Shown here piece by piece: positions 38,331 to 50,667 of a stretch of DNA of 64,000 nucleotides. How positions within the stretch are numbered: the first letter of the stretch is position 1; every line of letters begins with the position of its first letter. Below the pieces are notes generated by a model. It searched no databases. It worked only from the letters and a program-made list of their open reading frames with translations, and was not told the DNA's origin. Made by a program: the position numbers and the translations under genes. The stretch lies in NCBI RefSeq assembly GCF_006345805.1, contig NC_043006.1, forward strand, positions 73,532,001-73,596,000, given 5' to 3'. The DNA is from Octopus sinensis. Its lineage: Eukaryota.

Positions 38331-40075
38331 AAATATATATTTCAACTGACCAGCCGCAAAATTTGATTACCTCTTCTTTACAAGATTTTTGCTTCTTCAC
38401 ACATCATACAACTTTCTCACTACTCTTACTGCTTCCTAATTTACTCACAGGATACACTTTGGCACTGGGCAAGTGATTTAATCTACCACCGTGGTTAGCT
38501 GCAGCAGGATTTGAACTCAGAATGTAAAAGATCGGAACAAATACTTGAAGGACTCCGTCCAACTTTCTTAGATTTCCGTCAATCTAACAATCATGAAATG
38601 ATGAGAGGCAAAGTAGACCACGGCAGGATTTGAAGCCTGTGCGAGGTGAGCCGGACCAAGTACTGATGTGGTCTATTCAGAGACCACATAATTAAGTCAA
38701 TCTAGCGATTGACTTAATTATAATGCGTGCAGCTCGATCTTAGAAAGCAATGCAGTGGTACAGTCAACATAAGTGCAGTGTATAAAGTTAGGTGGAGGTG
38801 GTGGTGGTGGATAGTTACACAGGCTGGCAGTCAGTCAGTTCTGATTCCGACAGATCATGTCTTGCCATAAACCCTCAACTAATAATGGAGTCGTGGGAGC
38901 TCAGTCGTGATTTGTGTCTTGGGAATATCTACACCCGATGGAGCTCATTTCTTTCCAGCCGATTTATTCCAGAGAGAGAAAGGAGAGAGAGAGAGAGAGA
39001 GAGATTAATCTTTTCTACTCTAGGCACAAGGCCCGAAATTGTTTTTGGGGAAAGTAGCCAATTGATTAGATCGACTCCAGTACGCAACTGGTACTTAATT
39101 TATTGCCCCGAAAGGATGAAAGCAAAGACGACCTCGGAGGAATTAGAGAGAGAGAATAATGATTAGAATCGACTTTAGTATAGGACTGATGATTTCTTTG
39201 TCAGCCCCGAAATGATGGTGGTATTTGAATAAGGGCACAAAGTTTCGGAACGATTACTGCAGAACAATCTATCTGACCCCTAACGACTCGGGCACTTCAC
39301 CGAAACCAATATTTGACCAGTACACTTAACTGGAAGATTGAAAGTTGGCCCTGACAAAATTTGAATCTGGACCGTAAAGAACTGTAACTGGATGCTGTTT
39401 GGAACTTTTTCTTTCGGCAATTTATTGATTCTATCAACTCACTGTCCTGGCATATCATATACAAAACCGAACCATCGTTTTGTCCCCATAACCCTCAGTT
39501 TCAAGAGATCGGATAACAATGTCTTTATACTCGTTCTTGAATCAGATGAAAAATATTTTAATCACAATTTAAAAAAAAAAATCTCCTTAGAATTCTTTGT
39601 GCAAACGGAATATCTTTAAATGGAAATAACACGGTCTGAAAAGATTTAGTCATCGACTATTTTATCAGTTTATTCATTGAATTTCAAAAAATATAATTAA
39701 AAGTATTGTACAACACTTTATCAACGGAATTGTTATCAATAGTCTAAAGTAGAATTATAATTTTGCGTAACAATTTCTTTCACTTGTCAATTGAAACACT
39801 GCTTGATTCGCGTACGTCACTTGTATTACACTCACAGAATGATGAGATAGCGGAGATACATTCTGAACTAAACTTCCTTATAAAAGTTTTACGATGACAT
39901 TTTCTCGTCAGTATGGGACGTAGTGAAGAGGAAAAAAATTGAAATTTCTTTTAAATTTAACTTTAACTAAGTGCATTAAGTATTATTGACAACCACTATT
40001 ATTAAGCATTATTGACAACCACTATTATTAAGCAATTTGAAACTTACACCAAAGTCAATGATGCATATATAAATA

Positions 40076-40582
40076 CGAGCAAAACGCCCCCCGTCCGATG
40101 GACGGTGCTGAGTTATCAAACATTTAAACCAAATTTTCTCAAAACAACTTGTCCGACCGTCTCATAGGCCTCCCCTTTGAGAAACACTGATTTAACCTAA
40201 ATTTGAGACACCAAGCAAAAGAAGAAATAAAGTTAGACTTTTTTTCTATTCCAAAGAAAAACGATTTTATTCACACTAATATGCAACCGAAGAGTTGGAA
40301 GTACCAGTAATGATAAGGCTGTTGACTGGGAGAACACAAACATGGTTTAAATAGTAAGCTTGGCAGGAAAGGAACGTGCCTTTAAGCAGTACAAAAACAG
40401 CAAAAAAATGGAAGGTGCAGTTATGTACAGGTTGACGGAAGAAAAGCAGGACAAAAACGATGCATGCGAATGGGGTTAGCTGCACACCCTGATACCGTCG
40501 GTATCTACATATCAAATTTGAGTGCAATCGGATGGAGGATCCTAGAAAACACAGACAGACAGAACGGATTTTATATAAGAGA
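40076..40582 (-). mobile_element. Non-autonomous Helitron-like element, copy 2
   Basis: Collinear with 8594-9137. Hairpin CCGTCC-ATC-GGACGG, same GCTCG|T end, TC start. Confidence 0.65.
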
Positions 40583-40606
40583 TATATATATATATTGGAT
40601 TCAAAT

Positions 40607-40808
40607 TTAGGCACAAGGCCAGCAATTTAAGGGCTGGAACTAACTCGATTACATCCACCCTAGTGCTCAACAGGTGCCTATATTATCGACCCCAAAAGGA
40701 TGAAAAGCGAAGTCGTACCCGGCGGGATTTGAACTCAGGACTTAAAAACGGACGAAATGCCGTTAAGCATTTCGCCCGGCGTGCTAACGACTCTGGTAGC
40801 TCACCGGT
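40607..40808 (-). mobile_element. SINE family B
   Basis: aagcatttcgcccggcgtgctaacga ... atttgaactcagg. Confidence 0.85.
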
Positions 40809-40832
40809 CGCCTTTATACATACATACATACA

Positions 40833-40863
<31 letters not shown>

Positions 40864-40909
40864 TCCCCTATATAATTGTTTCCCCCTCTCTATCTATCTA
40901 GCTACCAAA

Positions 40910-41005
<96 letters not shown>

Positions 41006-41509
41006 ACAGTGAAGTGTATTCAGCGATATCAGTTCATTGTATTTAATACTATATTACGCACCTCCCTGTCGTTAGACGGCAATTTCTTGGCGTGCAATCA
41101 CACAGATCATTTGTTTGTGGTGACCAAATGTCAGCGTTATATAGTTTCTAAACAAAACTGTCCGACGAAAGGGAACGTGAAACTCTGAGTAACAGTTTTT
41201 GCGATACTTTTGCTGCTTTTTAATAAAGCATATTGCCCTACTTCTTGTATTCGAATATTATTTTTTTCCATCTTATTTCGCATTTATGTGCTTACTTTTG
41301 TATATATATAAAGTTAATCCAAACATGAAAACAAAGAGAAAACAACAACGCGAGGATGGAGAACAAGTATAGTGTTATTGGACACTCAGGAAAGGAAATA
41401 AATGAGGATTTAACGTTTCGAGCGGAGTACTTCGTTAGACAGATAGAAAAGATAAAGATCCAAGGAAGGGGAGACGGAGGAAAAAAAATCGCCAATGAAA
41501 CACACGCGG

Positions 41510-41575
<66 letters not shown>

Positions 41576-42482
41576 ACACACACGCGCACACACACACACA
41601 TACATATATATATGCACATATATACACACACATATATGTAAGCATTTTCAATCACGAAATCCATTAACTAATAAATAAATATCTGCCATATGGAATTTGC
41701 GAGCCTGATTGAGACAACAACCGATACTATATTTTTTCACTACGTCGTTGATACATTTTAGAAAACAAACAAAATATGGGTGTCATGAATTTCTATTTGT
41801 TTGTAAAATGGAGCTCCGAAGCCAAGCTGCTGTCGAGATGAAACATCATTACCCTGCTTTGTTTCACATTGGGTTCCCTCTACTCCTGGCGGCGTTGTAG
41901 CGGCACTGTAGTGTTAAATGGTGTGTCTCGGGCATATGTAGACCTAGCGGAGCCCATTTCTCCCCACTTCTAGTCAACTGATTTCTTCCAGAAAGAAAGA
42001 CAAAAAGGGAGAAAGAATAAAAGCGACAAGAAGAAGAATCCACTCAGTGCAGGTACGGAAATTTACTTATCGACCCAGAAAGGAATAGAAGTAAAGCTGA
42101 TTTCGGTGGTATTTGAACTCAGAGTGCCAGAGCTGGAGCGAATGCTGACAGACAATGTATCCGATAAACTCCACCAAACTCGGTCAGTTCACCAGCGTAA
42201 AAACTTCACCGTTAATAGCTTTGGGCAGATATTCAGGTCACGGAATCTTCTCTTTTACAGGTCACGGATTATTTTGCCTTAAAACTAAAGAAACACTGGT
42301 GACTGGTAAGGAAAAATGGACATTAGAAATGTTTTCTATAAGTCTAAAACATTATATCGTTTGGCAATTTTTGTGTTGTTGTAAGTAGAATATGGCAATT
42401 TGATATTTGACAAGAGTCGAAAGCATATGCTAATAAGGTTATTAATATTCTTCGTAGTTGAAATATTGGATAAACTGTATTG

Positions 42483-42539
<57 letters not shown>

Positions 42540-42663
42540 ACACACACACAAGCACACACGCACACGCACACACATATATTCTATCTTATCTTATTAGTAT
42601 GTAACTACCAGCTTTATATGTATATATGCATCTGCCTACCTACCTACTTACATACCTACTTAC

Positions 42664-42730
<67 letters not shown>

Positions 42731-42757
42731 CCCAAACGAGTCAGAATAGTTGGTAGT

Positions 42758-42802
<45 letters not shown>

Positions 42803-42867
42803 TATATATATGTATATATGTATATAATAAATGTATATGTATATATATAAATGTATATGTACATATA

Positions 42868-42907
<40 letters not shown>

Positions 42908-42940
42908 AAATATATATATATATATGTATATATATACATA

Positions 42941-42989
<49 letters not shown>

Positions 42990-42995
42990 ATACAT

Positions 42996-43028
<33 letters not shown>

Positions 43029-43037
43029 TATATATAT

Positions 43038-43089
<52 letters not shown>

Positions 43090-43726
43090 ACTGTATATGT
43101 ATATATGTATATATCAGGTCCAGGAATCGAGGTGTAGGAAGAAAGTTAGAGATCCATAGTAAATATGGAAAAACAACTTTTAGGGACAATAGTAGTTTAT
43201 TGAGTTTATTTTTCCAATACCACTCCCCATGCTAATTTCTGTGTTTCGAGCAAAACAGCCCCATTGAATACTACCGGTCAATAACCCTGCTTAAATTCCT
43301 CGTTCTCTTTTGCTTTCATCATGATCACTTTTTTCTCCCCCTTGATCAAAAATATTCCCCTACCCTCTTCCTCCTACATCATCTGTTTTTCAAACACCTC
43401 TCCTTTTGCTAATTCCTGTGAATACTACCGATCAAATGACCTTGCTTAAATCGCTTATTCCTCTCACTCCTTTATACTTATTTTCCCCCTCTTTCAATTC
43501 TTATTTCTTTTTTCATTTATATTCTTCTCTCCTACAGGGCTCTCTACACGTTCTGATTGAATCTTCCATGTGTTAACATGTACCACCTTGTGAGAATGTA
43601 AACTTTCATTTGATCAAGATATACTTGGCCTGAAGAGTAGCCTCGCTTGGATATTTACCACTTCTGAGGTTCCGCTCGCTATGAACATACGTAACCCGGA
43701 TCTTATCTAACCCATTCCTTAGCTCT

Positions 43727-43783
<57 letters not shown>

Positions 43784-43797
43784 TTTCTTTCCTTTCT

Positions 43798-43966
43798 TTT
43801 TCTTTTACTTGTTTCAGTCATTTGACTGCGGTCATGCTGGAGCACCGCCTTTAGTCGAGCAAATCGACCTGGGACTTGTTTTTTGCCGAACCGCTAAGTG
43901 ACGGGGACGTAAACACACCAGCATCAGTTGTCAAGCAATGCTAAGGGGACAAATACAGACATACAA

Positions 43967-43999
<33 letters not shown>

Positions 44000-44168
44000 C
44001 ATATATACGACAGGCTTCTTTCAGTTTCCGTCTACCAAATCCACTCACAAGGTATTGGTCGGCCCGGGGCTATAGCAGAAGACACTTGCCCAAGATGCCA
44101 CGCTGTGGCACTGAACCCGGAACCATGTGGTTGGTTAGCAAGCTACTTACCACACAGCCACTCCTGCG

Positions 44169-44170
<2 letters not shown>
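43798..44170 (-). mobile_element. SINE family A
   Basis: Minus strand ggcgcaggagtggctgtgtggtaagtagcttgc ... gactgaaacaagtaaaaga. Confidence 0.92.
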
Positions 44171-44215
<45 letters not shown>

Positions 44216-44378
44216 GTTATCGCCATACTAATATGGCATTCTTATAAAAATAAGAAAAAAGCTGTCCGCTTATTAGCTCCATGAGGCCATCGCCTTAAGT
44301 TAGCTATTTGATACACAAACTGTATCCATATAACCTTCGAACAAGGGAGGTCAGTCGCTCCACACTACTTGACCGGCA

Positions 44379-44420
44379 GCTACAGACGCGTTTCGGGGTA
44401 TTGCCCCTTTTCAATGCAGC
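44379..44420 (-). ncRNA. Minimal type I hammerhead ribozyme fold, U3-A8 core, unit 1
   Basis: GCUGCA-UUGAAAA-GGGG CAAUA CCCC-GAAA-CGC-GUC-UGUAGC. Stem I 6 bp (one G-U), stem II 4 G-C pairs, stem III palindrome ACGCGU, cleavage predicted after C at 44385. Confidence 0.75.
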
Positions 44421-44740
44421 GTAGCCAGCCAGTAGGTGTCGCTTCCGACAATCTCTGTTCGATGGTTTTATTTACCTAGTTTCGGTGGAATACATCCACT
44501 TGTTTTCAATAATAGAAATATTAAAATAACTAAGTCTCTCTAAAAGAGAACAGCGGCAGCGTTCCCGGAAAATAATAGTTATCGCCATACTAATATGGCA
44601 TTCTTATAAAAATAAGAAAAAAGCTGTCCGCTTATTAGCTCCATGAGGCCATCGCCTTAAGTTAGCTATTTGATACACAAACTGTATCCATATAACCTTC
44701 GAACAAGGGAGGTCAGTCGCTCCACACTACTTGACCGGCA

Positions 44741-44782
44741 GCTACAGACGCGTTTCGGGGTATTGCCCCTTTTCAATGCAGC
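44741..44782 (-). ncRNA. Minimal type I hammerhead ribozyme fold, U3-A8 core, unit 2
   Basis: Identical to 44379-44420, 362 nt away. Cleavage predicted after C at 44747. Confidence 0.75.
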
Positions 44783-45099
44783 GTAGCCAGCCAGTAGGTG
44801 TCGCTTCCGACAATCTCTGTTCGATGGTTTTATTTACCTAGTTTCGGTGGAATACATCCACTTGTTTTCAATAATAGAAATATTAAAATAACTAAGTCTC
44901 TCTAAAAGAGAACAGCGGCAGCGTTCCCGGAAAATAATAGTTATCGCCATACTAATATGGCACCGAAACTAGGTAAATAAAACCATCGAACAGAGATTGT
45001 CGGAAGCGACACCTACTGGCTGGCTACGCTGCATTGAAAAGAACTTTTGCCACTAGGCGGCAAGCTGCAGTGAAGTGTATTCAGCGACATCAGTTCATT

Positions 45100-45900
45100 G
45101 TATTTAATACCACACATGATAAGGGGTGCGGTTGTCGTTGGTTAGTGGATCACACAGTGGAGTGTTAACAAATTAGCGGTAGTAGTTTTTATGTGAGAAT
45201 AACCAGATTTGATAGTGATAGTTTAAAACTGAAGCCTGATGGGTGTACTCTATACGGGTAACACAGATTATATACACTCTGCCCTTGTGTGTTGGGTAGC
45301 CAGGCCTACGATGGTACATCTGGACTGCCAGCTGCCGGTAGCTTGAATTTCGTTAACAGGTAGTTAACAAAGGTCGTTCATACTTCTTGTTGATGGATAC
45401 TGTAGGTTGGTGAATCATGTGTAGTTCCTTGTAGAGACATAGTTGGCAATTACGTATTCAAGATGGGTAATGGGATATTCCTATTGATGATTGATAAGTT
45501 GTTCAGATGGTGGCGGAATCTTCAGATGAAGCAGGACAGGGAGCTGAAATTTTACCTATCTCTGTAATTGAAGGATTGCATATGCTACCTGTACTTTCCC
45601 TTGGAAATCAGTAGCTGTTTTTCCCATGTAGTATCATGTAATGCAAGTGGATGTTGTAAATGTGGCTCTATAGACTACAACCTTTCGAAGTTTGGATTCA
45701 CCCAGTGGACAGTTGGTAGTATTTCAACGGTTACAGGTTGGGGTGTGGATAGAAGGCTGCGTAGGTGTGTATTTGTGTCAATTGTAGCGAACGATATTTG
45801 AAGCGATGTTGTCTTAGCAAGTATAACTGACTTTTATATTGTAAGGATTGAATGGGTCGACTGCAGGCGATAGAAAATGATATTTGACAAAAATACCACA
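45100..45900 (-). mobile_element. Old PLE remnant(s) with GIY-YIG region
   Basis: Minus strand FNPYNIKVSYTC*DNIASNI...TCNR*NTTNCPL...VVVYRATF...YYMGKTATDF over ~45590-45860. Confidence 0.75.
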
Positions 45901-45948
45901 CAATGCTATTGGACTCAACCTTGTGATTGCCATTATTCAGCCACATAG

Positions 45949-46012
<64 letters not shown>

Positions 46013-46637
46013 ACATGGTGCTTGTCTCGTCAGATGATAACAGACTCACATTGAGCCTGATTGTCATGATTTACCGTCGTCTTTCACCATAGATGGCTCC
46101 AGTGACAAGGATTGCATGGTGACTGGCACTATTTTGACTGCATGCTATATGTTTACATTCCTGTAACAATGGTTTAATGAAAGAATGTGAAAGAATGAGT
46201 ACTAAACAAAGATTTAAAGTGAATGTATTTTATACAATATTGTAAATTACAAACTTTTGAGGATGCATTATTCTCCATTATCTTTAACGTCGTGAATATA
46301 TATATTATCCCAGACTTATCCTCTCTTAGACGACTCACGCATATATATATATATCTATCTGTATACATATACATTTATATATATTTGTATATATATATAT
46401 ATTTATATATATATATTTATATATTTGTATATACATGCATACATATATATATACGCACACATATGTATACATACATATTTATACACACACATATAGACAT
46501 ACATATATAGACATACATATTCATACATACATACAAATATATAAACATACATATACATACATATATGTATATATATATACATACATATATGTACATACAT
46601 ACACACATATACATATACACACACAACACATATATAT

Positions 46638-46679
<42 letters not shown>

Positions 46680-46726
46680 CATATACATACATACATGCAT
46701 ACATACATAAATACATACATGCATAC

Positions 46727-46757
<31 letters not shown>

Positions 46758-47059
46758 TACAAACGTACATTACTTTGACCTTAATAAAGCACATGTTGCG
46801 TTTGTACACACAGAACTAATAAAGGTTTCAACGATTATATGAAATTTGCCTGTCAAAACACATCTTGAATTTCTTTCCCCTAAAAAGAGATTTTGTCAGA
46901 AATAACGGGAGACTCCTTTAATCCTGGGAAATCTATTTAAGCCACAAATGGCATTATGAAAGGTACTACCGTTCCAAGTCACACTGGACTTGGGAGTAAT
47001 GTTAATTACTGGCTGACTACGCTTAACCACAACTTCAGAATTCTTGAGCTGGACCCTCA

Positions 47060-47365
47060 CTATATTATTTTAAAGTTTGGTACTTATTCTGTCCGTCTCT
47101 TTTTTCCGAAACGCTAAGTTACAGAAACGTAAATATACAAGCCCCGGTTGTCAAGCGATGGTGTGTGTAGGGGGCAAGATCAGACACAAAGACACACTCA
47201 CACACACGATGGGCTTTTTTCAGTTTCCGTCTACCAAGTACACTTACAAGGGTCTTTTGACTGAGAATATAGTAGAAGAGACTTACCCAAAGAGCTACGC
47301 AGTGGAACTGAACTCGAAGCCACGTGTTTGGAAAGCAAACTTTTTACCATAGAGCTATGCCTGCA
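47060..47365 (-). mobile_element. Degenerate SINE family A
   Basis: gtacttattctgtccgtctct ... tttccgtctaccaag ... gcagtggaactgaac. Confidence 0.75.
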
Positions 47366-47375
47366 CTATTCTTAC

Positions 47376-48005
47376 TACTTTCTTGTATGGTTCGGAATCG
47401 TGGACACCCTATAGACGATACATTAACCAACAAGACATATTCCACAAAGGCTGTCCGAGGACAATCTGCGGTTATTCACTAAAAGACAGAGTTTCAAATA
47501 CCGACCTGTTTAGCAAGTGTAAAATTAGTGGAGCCCTGAGCTTCCTTATGCAATCACAATTACGCTGGGCTGGCCGTGTCGTCAGAATGAGTGACGAAAG
47601 ACTACACAAAGTTCTCATGTACAGCCAGCTTGATAGCAGGCACAGGAATGTTAGTCAAATAAAGGACAGGCTGAAGAGTAACCTCTTAGCAATAAAGATA
47701 GCTCACAACACCTTTGAGCGAACAGCCCTGGAGCGAAGAAAATGGAGATCGTTGTGTCAAAATGGTATTAGAAACTTTGTTGCAACCAGCATTAACGGGT
47801 TTCAGATTGCAATGCAAAGGAGAAAAGCAGCTGCAAATATACCACCTGCACTGACCTGTAATCCTTATACTTGCAGGATCTGTGGGCTTTTTTGAAAATC
47901 GTTGGCGAGACCCAAATGTCACATTCGACATAAGCATTATGACTGATAAAGGAAAGAGTAGGTTGTCGGATCCTCATACGACGAAACCGACGGGAGGGTC
48001 CATCA
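47376..48005 (+). mobile_element. RTE-clade LINE 3' fragment
   Basis: LLYGSESWTPYRR...QLRWAGRVVRMSDERLHKVLMYSQL...CRICG. 3' end tacgacgaaaccgacgggagggtcca. Confidence 0.88.
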
Positions 48006-48010
48006 ACATC

Positions 48011-48045
<35 letters not shown>

Positions 48046-48148
48046 ATAATATATATATATAAAATAAAATATTAGGGAATAAATCCAAACTTATAGGGAA
48101 AAATCAGATTTAGGATTAAATCCAATTTTATAGTATAAATATATTATA

Positions 48149-48397
48149 TATATTATATTAAATTAGAGATAAAACCACTATTAGGCAAATCAAACAGTGA
48201 AAAACATAAGCCAATACATAAAATTAATTTAATTTATATTATTTTAAATATATATCAAAAGTATTAAAAGTTCAATTAAACTTTTAATACTTTTGATATA
48301 TATTTAAAATAATATAAATTAAATTAATTTTATGTATTGGCTTATGTTTTTCACTGTTTGATTTGCCTAATAGTGGTTTTATCTCTAATTTAATATA

Positions 48398-48402
<5 letters not shown>
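48149..48402. repeat. Perfect AT-rich palindrome, 124 bp arms, 6 bp spacer
   Basis: 48149-48272 is the reverse complement of 48279-48402; the spacer is caatta. Confidence 0.9.
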
Positions 48403-48438
<36 letters not shown>

Positions 48439-48650
48439 AATAATATATAAATATATGCATATATACATACATATATGTACATACCCACATCTATATGTAT
48501 ATAAACATGCATATATGTCCTGTACCCATATATGTATGTTTATATACTTATAGATGCAGGTATGTACATATATGTATGTATATATGCATATATTTATATA
48601 TTATTTATATTATTATATGATCGAACGCCACGCATCCTTTTCCAAGTAAG

Positions 48651-48702
<52 letters not shown>

Positions 48703-49319
48703 ATAATCATACGTATATACATCCACGTTCCCCTACTATTTTACAGCACATGGGCTGTCACCATGCTAGGACACTACCGTAGTAGTTGCCACCGTTTCTA
48801 CAGCAACCCTTCTATGGTTTTTTTTTGGTGAAGGAAGAAGTTCTGTGTTAGCACTGAACTCCAGTGTCTCTTTCCATAATCTCTTCCTTAGTTCGGATAA
48901 AACGTATATACGTAATTCTCTAAAGCATTATGACAAAACGAATTATGCCTGTAGTGTATTTATACGATGATAAATATAAGTGTTGTTATACAGGAAAACG
49001 GAGACAATCGAGTAATGATAATTAATATTTTTTTGGTTTTACTGAAATATAAGAAAAATGAATTCTAAAATTATTTACGCAATTATGGATATGAATCTTA
49101 TGAGGTAACATAAGAGACGTTGAATTTCTTGTTGTAATAGTGGAAACCAGGGATAACATCTGTGACGTCTGTACATACTAGTTGTTTGAGTCATTGGAAT
49201 ACGGTCAAGCATGGACATCATGCTTCAAAGCTTAAATCGAACAAATCGACACTAGTACTTATTCTATCGGTCTCTTTTGCTCCATGTAAACGTAAATGTA
49301 TTTGTCTCTATGTATAGGT

Positions 49320-49528
49320 TTCCAATTTTGGGACAAGCCCGGAAATTTTGGGGGTGGGTGTTAGTCGATTACATCGATCCCAGTGTTCAACTGGTACTCA
49401 ATTTATCGACCCCCTGAAATGATAAAAGGTAAAGTCGACCTCGGCGCACCTTGAACCCAGAACACGCAGACCGACGAAATACCGCTAAGCATTTTTCCCG
49501 GCGTGCTAACGATTCTGCCAGCACGCTG
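49320..49528 (-). mobile_element. SINE family B
   Basis: aagtcgacctcggcgc ... cccggcgtgctaacgattctgccagc. Confidence 0.85.
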
Positions 49529-49618
49529 CTTTTATTTGTCTCTATATATGAGTATCTGAACGTTTGCACATATGCGTTTATCTTCTGAATATTTTTATAT
49601 ATATTTTGTTTATCTGCA

Positions 49619-49656
<38 letters not shown>

Positions 49657-49665
49657 ATATATATA

Positions 49666-49727
<62 letters not shown>

Positions 49728-49908
49728 CGCCATGATAGATCGCTAACCACTACACATTCTTTATTTTCTCTCTTTGTTTCTTTCTCTGTTCCTTCCTGTG
49801 AAAGAGCGTAGGCTCGAAACGTTAAAGACTTTTTAACTTCCCGAGCATTATACTAATACATCTGTTTGTTGTCTACACTACCTGTCTTCGTCTTTTTTTT
49901 AATTCTCC

Positions 49909-50160
<252 letters not shown>

Positions 50161-50176
50161 CTATCTCTATATATAC

Positions 50177-50310
50177 ACAGTTTGATTCAAATTCGTTGGT
50201 ACTTTAAGTTTCAAAGCGTGATGCTAATCTTAGCCATTGGAAATTTGAATGGCTGAAGATTAGCATCACGCTTTGAAACTTAAAGTATCAACGAATTTGA
50301 ATCAAACTGT
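50177..50310. repeat. Inverted repeat (62/63 bp arms, 9 nt loop) with a hammerhead-like motif in the right arm
   Basis: CTGAAGA at 50253-50259, GAAA at 50275-50278, CTTAAA-GTA to 50287. The left arm has lost one core base. Confidence 0.8.
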
Positions 50311-50450
50311 TTTGTAACTTCCAACAAAGGCGTTGAATGCCCTTGTTTTCTTTGCCCACTTACCCGTATATATATATATATATCAACTCGTACATATATA
50401 TATGGAAAAAAATCAAGATAGAAAATGCTAAAATAATTTTATAAAAAGCA

Positions 50451-50492
50451 TTTCAGTACCGGTTTCAGTCATTGAGACTTTTTCAACTGTAA
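50451..50492 (-). ncRNA. Minimal type I hammerhead motif with U3-A8 core
   Basis: UUACAG-UUGAAAA-AGUC UCAAU GACU-GAAA-CCG-GUA-CUGAAA. Stem I 3 bp plus 2 more after an A-A mismatch, stem II 4 bp, stem III palindrome ACCGGU. Confidence 0.6.
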
Positions 50493-50635
50493 CAATTAAA
50501 TAATTAAATTTAGAACAATTAAAAGAAAAGTTTTTTTTAAAAGAATATTTGCATAGTGTTCAAATACAAGTGGCATTTTCCTTGTTTCTGCTGTCTCTGT
50601 CTCTCTTGTTTTCTCTTGTGGGTTCGAGGTCGTTG

Positions 50636-50667
<32 letters not shown>

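Larger units (their letters stand above)
44211..45041 (-). mobile_element. Young hammerhead-bearing tandem element (retrozyme-like or PLE pseudo-LTR multimer)
   Basis: Two apparently identical 362 bp units (44211-44572, 44573-44934), ~27 bp of a third, and an 81 bp inverted piece (44961-45041 = reverse complement of 44407-44487). No ORF. Confidence 0.8.

Noticed and set aside
43626-43695. CTGAAGA-GTAGC...GCTAT-GAAC-ATAC-GTA
   Set aside because: A15.1 is missing and stem I is unpaired; decayed beyond a confident call.
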